Part shown: positions 61,688 to 64,000 of the stretch, one piece after another
How the letters are laid out: each line of letters starts with the position of its first letter
Numbering within the stretch: position 1 is the stretch's first letter
From: Wickerhamiella versatilis
Lineage: Eukaryota
Assembly (NCBI GenBank): GCA_030867685.1
Contig: JAQOWU010000008.1
Coordinates: 2,356,001-2,420,000 of the forward strand
Direction of reading: 5' to 3'
DNA: 64,000 bases
The notes under the pieces: model-generated
Database searches by the model: none
What the model saw: the letters and a program-made list of their open reading frames with translations, nothing else
What the model was told of the DNA's origin: nothing
Translations under genes and position numbers: made by a program

Positions 61688-62632
61688 ATGGTTCGTCATT
61701 TTTTGTCGATTGCAGATTTGACTTCCAAGGAGTTGAACAAGCTAATTCAGCGCGGGCTTCAGGCTAAGAAGCTGATAACTTCTGGTAACTTCGAAAACAG
61801 GCAAAGCTTAAAGGGCCAAACCATACCTTTGTTATTCTCCAAACGTAGTACCCGTACTAGGATATCTACAGAGGGAGCGGTCGCCTATCTTGGAGGGCAA
61901 CCCATGTTTTTAGGTCGCGATGATATACAGCTAGGCGTGAATGAAACATACTACGATACTGCGCGAGTTATTTCCAGTATGTCCTCGGGGATCGTGGCTC
62001 GCGTGGGCCCCCATTCTGAGATCGCAGAATTGGCAAAATGGTCATCTGTGCCAGTAATAAATGCACTCTGTGAAAAATTTCATCCGATGCAGGCTGTAGC
62101 CGATATGATAACTATCCATGAAGCGTTCCGCGGAAACGTTCAAGGCCTCAAGCTGGCTTGGATCGGGGATGCCAACAACGTACTCCATGATCTTGCGCTA
62201 GCTTGCGTGAAACAAGGCATCAATGTCTCAGCGGCCACCCCAGCAGAATATCCTGTATCAAAGGATATAGTAGATCTGGTTTCAAAGAATGCACAAGATG
62301 GCGCGAAGTTATCTCTTACCACCAATCCTCTTGAGGCTGCAGCTGATGCAGATGTTCTGGTTACTGATACATGGGTATCTATGGGTCAAGAATCTGAGAA
62401 GAAGCTTCGACTAAAACAGTTTGATGGCTTTCAGATTTCGTCTAAGTTGGCCGCAACAGCAGGTGCCAAACCGCACTGGAAATTTATGCATTGCCTGCCT
62501 CGGAAGCCTGAAGAGGTTACTGATGAAGTTTTTTACTCGGACCGTTCGCTTGTCTTCCAAGAAGCCGAAAATAGACTTTATTCTGCAATTGCGACCCTCG
62601 AAGCATTTGTTGTTGACAAGGGGGATTTTTAA
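61688..62632 (+). CDS. ARG3: Ornithine carbamoyltransferase
   Basis: RHFLSIADL, SKRSTRT, HPMQ, TDTWVSMG, HCLP, AENR. First ATG is at 61688. Confidence 0.97.
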   Translation: MVRHFLSIADLTSKELNKLIQRGLQAKKLITSGNFENRQSLKGQTIPLLFSKRSTRTRISTEGAVAYLGGQPMFLGRDDIQLGVNETYYDTARVISSMSSGIVARVGPHSEIAELAKWSSVPVINALCEKFHPMQAVADMITIHEAFRGNVQGLKLAWIGDANNVLHDLALACVKQGINVSAATPAEYPVSKDIVDLVSKNAQDGAKLSLTTNPLEAAADADVLVTDTWVSMGQESEKKLRLKQFDGFQISSKLAATAGAKPHWKFMHCLPRKPEEVTDEVFYSDRSLVFQEAENRLYSAIATLEAFVVDKGDF

Positions 62633-62822
62633 AGTAGAGTCTCATTTAAGAAAAACAAGCACGCTGTAGCAATCTCTATGAGGCTAATTTATGTAAAATT
62701 TCTGATTGTATCTTATATTTCTCTTTTTTCGGTCGCAGTTCCTTTGAACAATTACCTAGAGTGGATCAATTGGCACTAGGCGTCAGCATTAGGTGTTCAT
62801 TGTAAACAAGTGTATTTTTTTT

Positions 62823-64000
62823 CTATCTTTTAGCAAAAAGAACTTGGCGAGTCAGGTTGACATTAAGTAGTCGAGTGCTATGTGGATTCTCCAACATCGC
62901 ATTTGAATCCTTGGGTTGTGAGCCATTCCGGCAAGCAAGAGTAATATGGGGATGTGCATTCCCACATTCAGCGGGTGTAGACACGCGAATAACCAGTAAA
63001 TCATCGTTCCAGCATAGTTCCAATAGACAAACATCAGCATATGCACCTAGGTCAACAATTTCTTTTTTCGAAGACTTTAGCTGAGAAGCAAATTTGGATC
63101 TATATTTCTTCCATAATTCCTTGTGTGCACGATAGTGGGCTAAAGTAACATGGAATTCAGGACGAAGCACAGCATCTCTCCACTCCGCAGGTAGCTCGAT
63201 GGTATGTACAAAAGTGGGATCAATCTTGATAGCGAAATACTCGGGCGGTGGCAACTTTTCCTGCTTCTTAGGTTCATTCCCCGCAACAGGCAACACGGGC
63301 TTGTATTTGAAAGCCTTCTCCAAAGCTTCCCTGGTATTTACAGTACACTGGGGTCCCAAATTATATTTTTCCTCAAGAGAATTTATTATTTTTTGAAGAC
63401 TCCAATCCGAGTTAACAACATCAAGGTCGATAATTAAGTCGAATAATGAATCGGGGGGACCAGAATTTCGGTCTACGACCTGGAATCTACCTTCAAAGCC
63501 TTTCATAACATTATCAACCAATATGTCACTCATATCTCTGATAGTCTGATGATTACCACCACGTTTACCAACTCTTTCCCGTGTAATCAACTTGGTATCT
63601 TTAGTTGGGCCTCTTGGTAGAAAGTTCAAGCAAACAAACCGTAATGCGTACCCTTTGAATCCGGTGGCTTCTACAAGATCATCATGAAGCTGCTGACGCT
63701 CTCGTCTCATGTGATTATTACGATCAGCTATCACTACATCAGAGCTGTCGAGCGCATTAGCAAGGCGTTTCACAAATTCAGTCCTTTTTGACTTACCCGA
63801 AAGAGAATCGTTTTGGATGTGAGGCCACCCCATCAGCTCGCTGAGAGCCACGGCTATAGTTGTCTTGCCGCATCCAATTGTGGCTACCGGCTCCAAAACG
63901 TACTTTGGTATTCCGTTGAATCCGAGCTCTAGTAATTCTTCTGGACTCATGCCTGCGCTATCCAGAAACTTATCTCGCAACTCGATTATACCCTGCTTCT
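62823..64000 (-). CDS. TRL1: tRNA ligase Trl1, kinase and cyclic phosphodiesterase domains (5' part outside window)
   Basis: PVATIGCGKTT, IADRNNH, RGGNHQTI, two HxT motifs (FHVTL, PHITL). The frame is open to the window edge. Confidence 0.92.
   Translation of the reverse strand, partial: KQGIIELRDKFLDSAGMSPEELLELGFNGIPKYVLEPVATIGCGKTTIAVALSELMGWPHIQNDSLSGKSKRTEFVKRLANALDSSDVVIADRNNHMRRERQQLHDDLVEATGFKGYALRFVCLNFLPRGPTKDTKLITRERVGKRGGNHQTIRDMSDILVDNVMKGFEGRFQVVDRNSGPPDSLFDLIIDLDVVNSDWSLQKIINSLEEKYNLGPQCTVNTREALEKAFKYKPVLPVAGNEPKKQEKLPPPEYFAIKIDPTFVHTIELPAEWRDAVLRPEFHVTLAHYRAHKELWKKYRSKFASQLKSSKKEIVDLGAYADVCLLELCWNDDLLVIRVSTPAECGNAHPHITLACRNGSQPKDSNAMLENPHSTRLLNVNLTRQVLFAKR

Noticed and set aside
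1855-64000. Possible 'RNA end-repair' cluster (phosphoesterase-RRM, DUSP11-like, HAD-SAK, TRL1) or ARG2-ARG3 cluster
   Set aside because: The genes are dispersed among unrelated housekeeping genes, and there is no evidence of linkage beyond chance without synteny data.

Overview
A compact, almost intron-free budding-yeast (Saccharomycotina) chromosomal segment. It uses the standard genetic code (CTG=Leu at conserved positions in SAR1), and the very short intergenic regions suggest a streamlined Trichomonascaceae/Wickerhamiella-Starmerella-type genome (inference only). It holds about 41 protein genes, mostly recognisable housekeeping genes (KIN1, BLM10, NCS6, ARB1, SEC27, SAR1, BMS1, ITC1, ERV2, MET13, VPS51, SBH1, RPS5, LEU3, AIM22, POP4, GCD11, ORC4, PSF2, ARG2, VPS4, ARG3, TRL1), plus one intron-containing tRNA-Leu(AAG). 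The most interesting signals are: (1) an intact orphan ORF next to the tRNA that resembles a partitivirus-type capsid and has a possible myristoylation start; (2) two neighbouring secreted low-complexity proteins sharing a Kex2 site (N-x-F-K-R|Q) and an FCPGIL Cys motif; (3) an ATR1-like exporter with a frameshift and a Kozak-flanked AUG-UAA minimal uORF; (4) Gcn4/AP-1 sites unusually close to start codons; (5) an alpha/beta-hydrolase fused to a DUSP11-type phosphatase; (6) an apparently catalytically dead RNA-repair-like HAD protein; (7) a small Hsk3-like DASH subunit. All identifications come from motif recognition by eye, not database searches.
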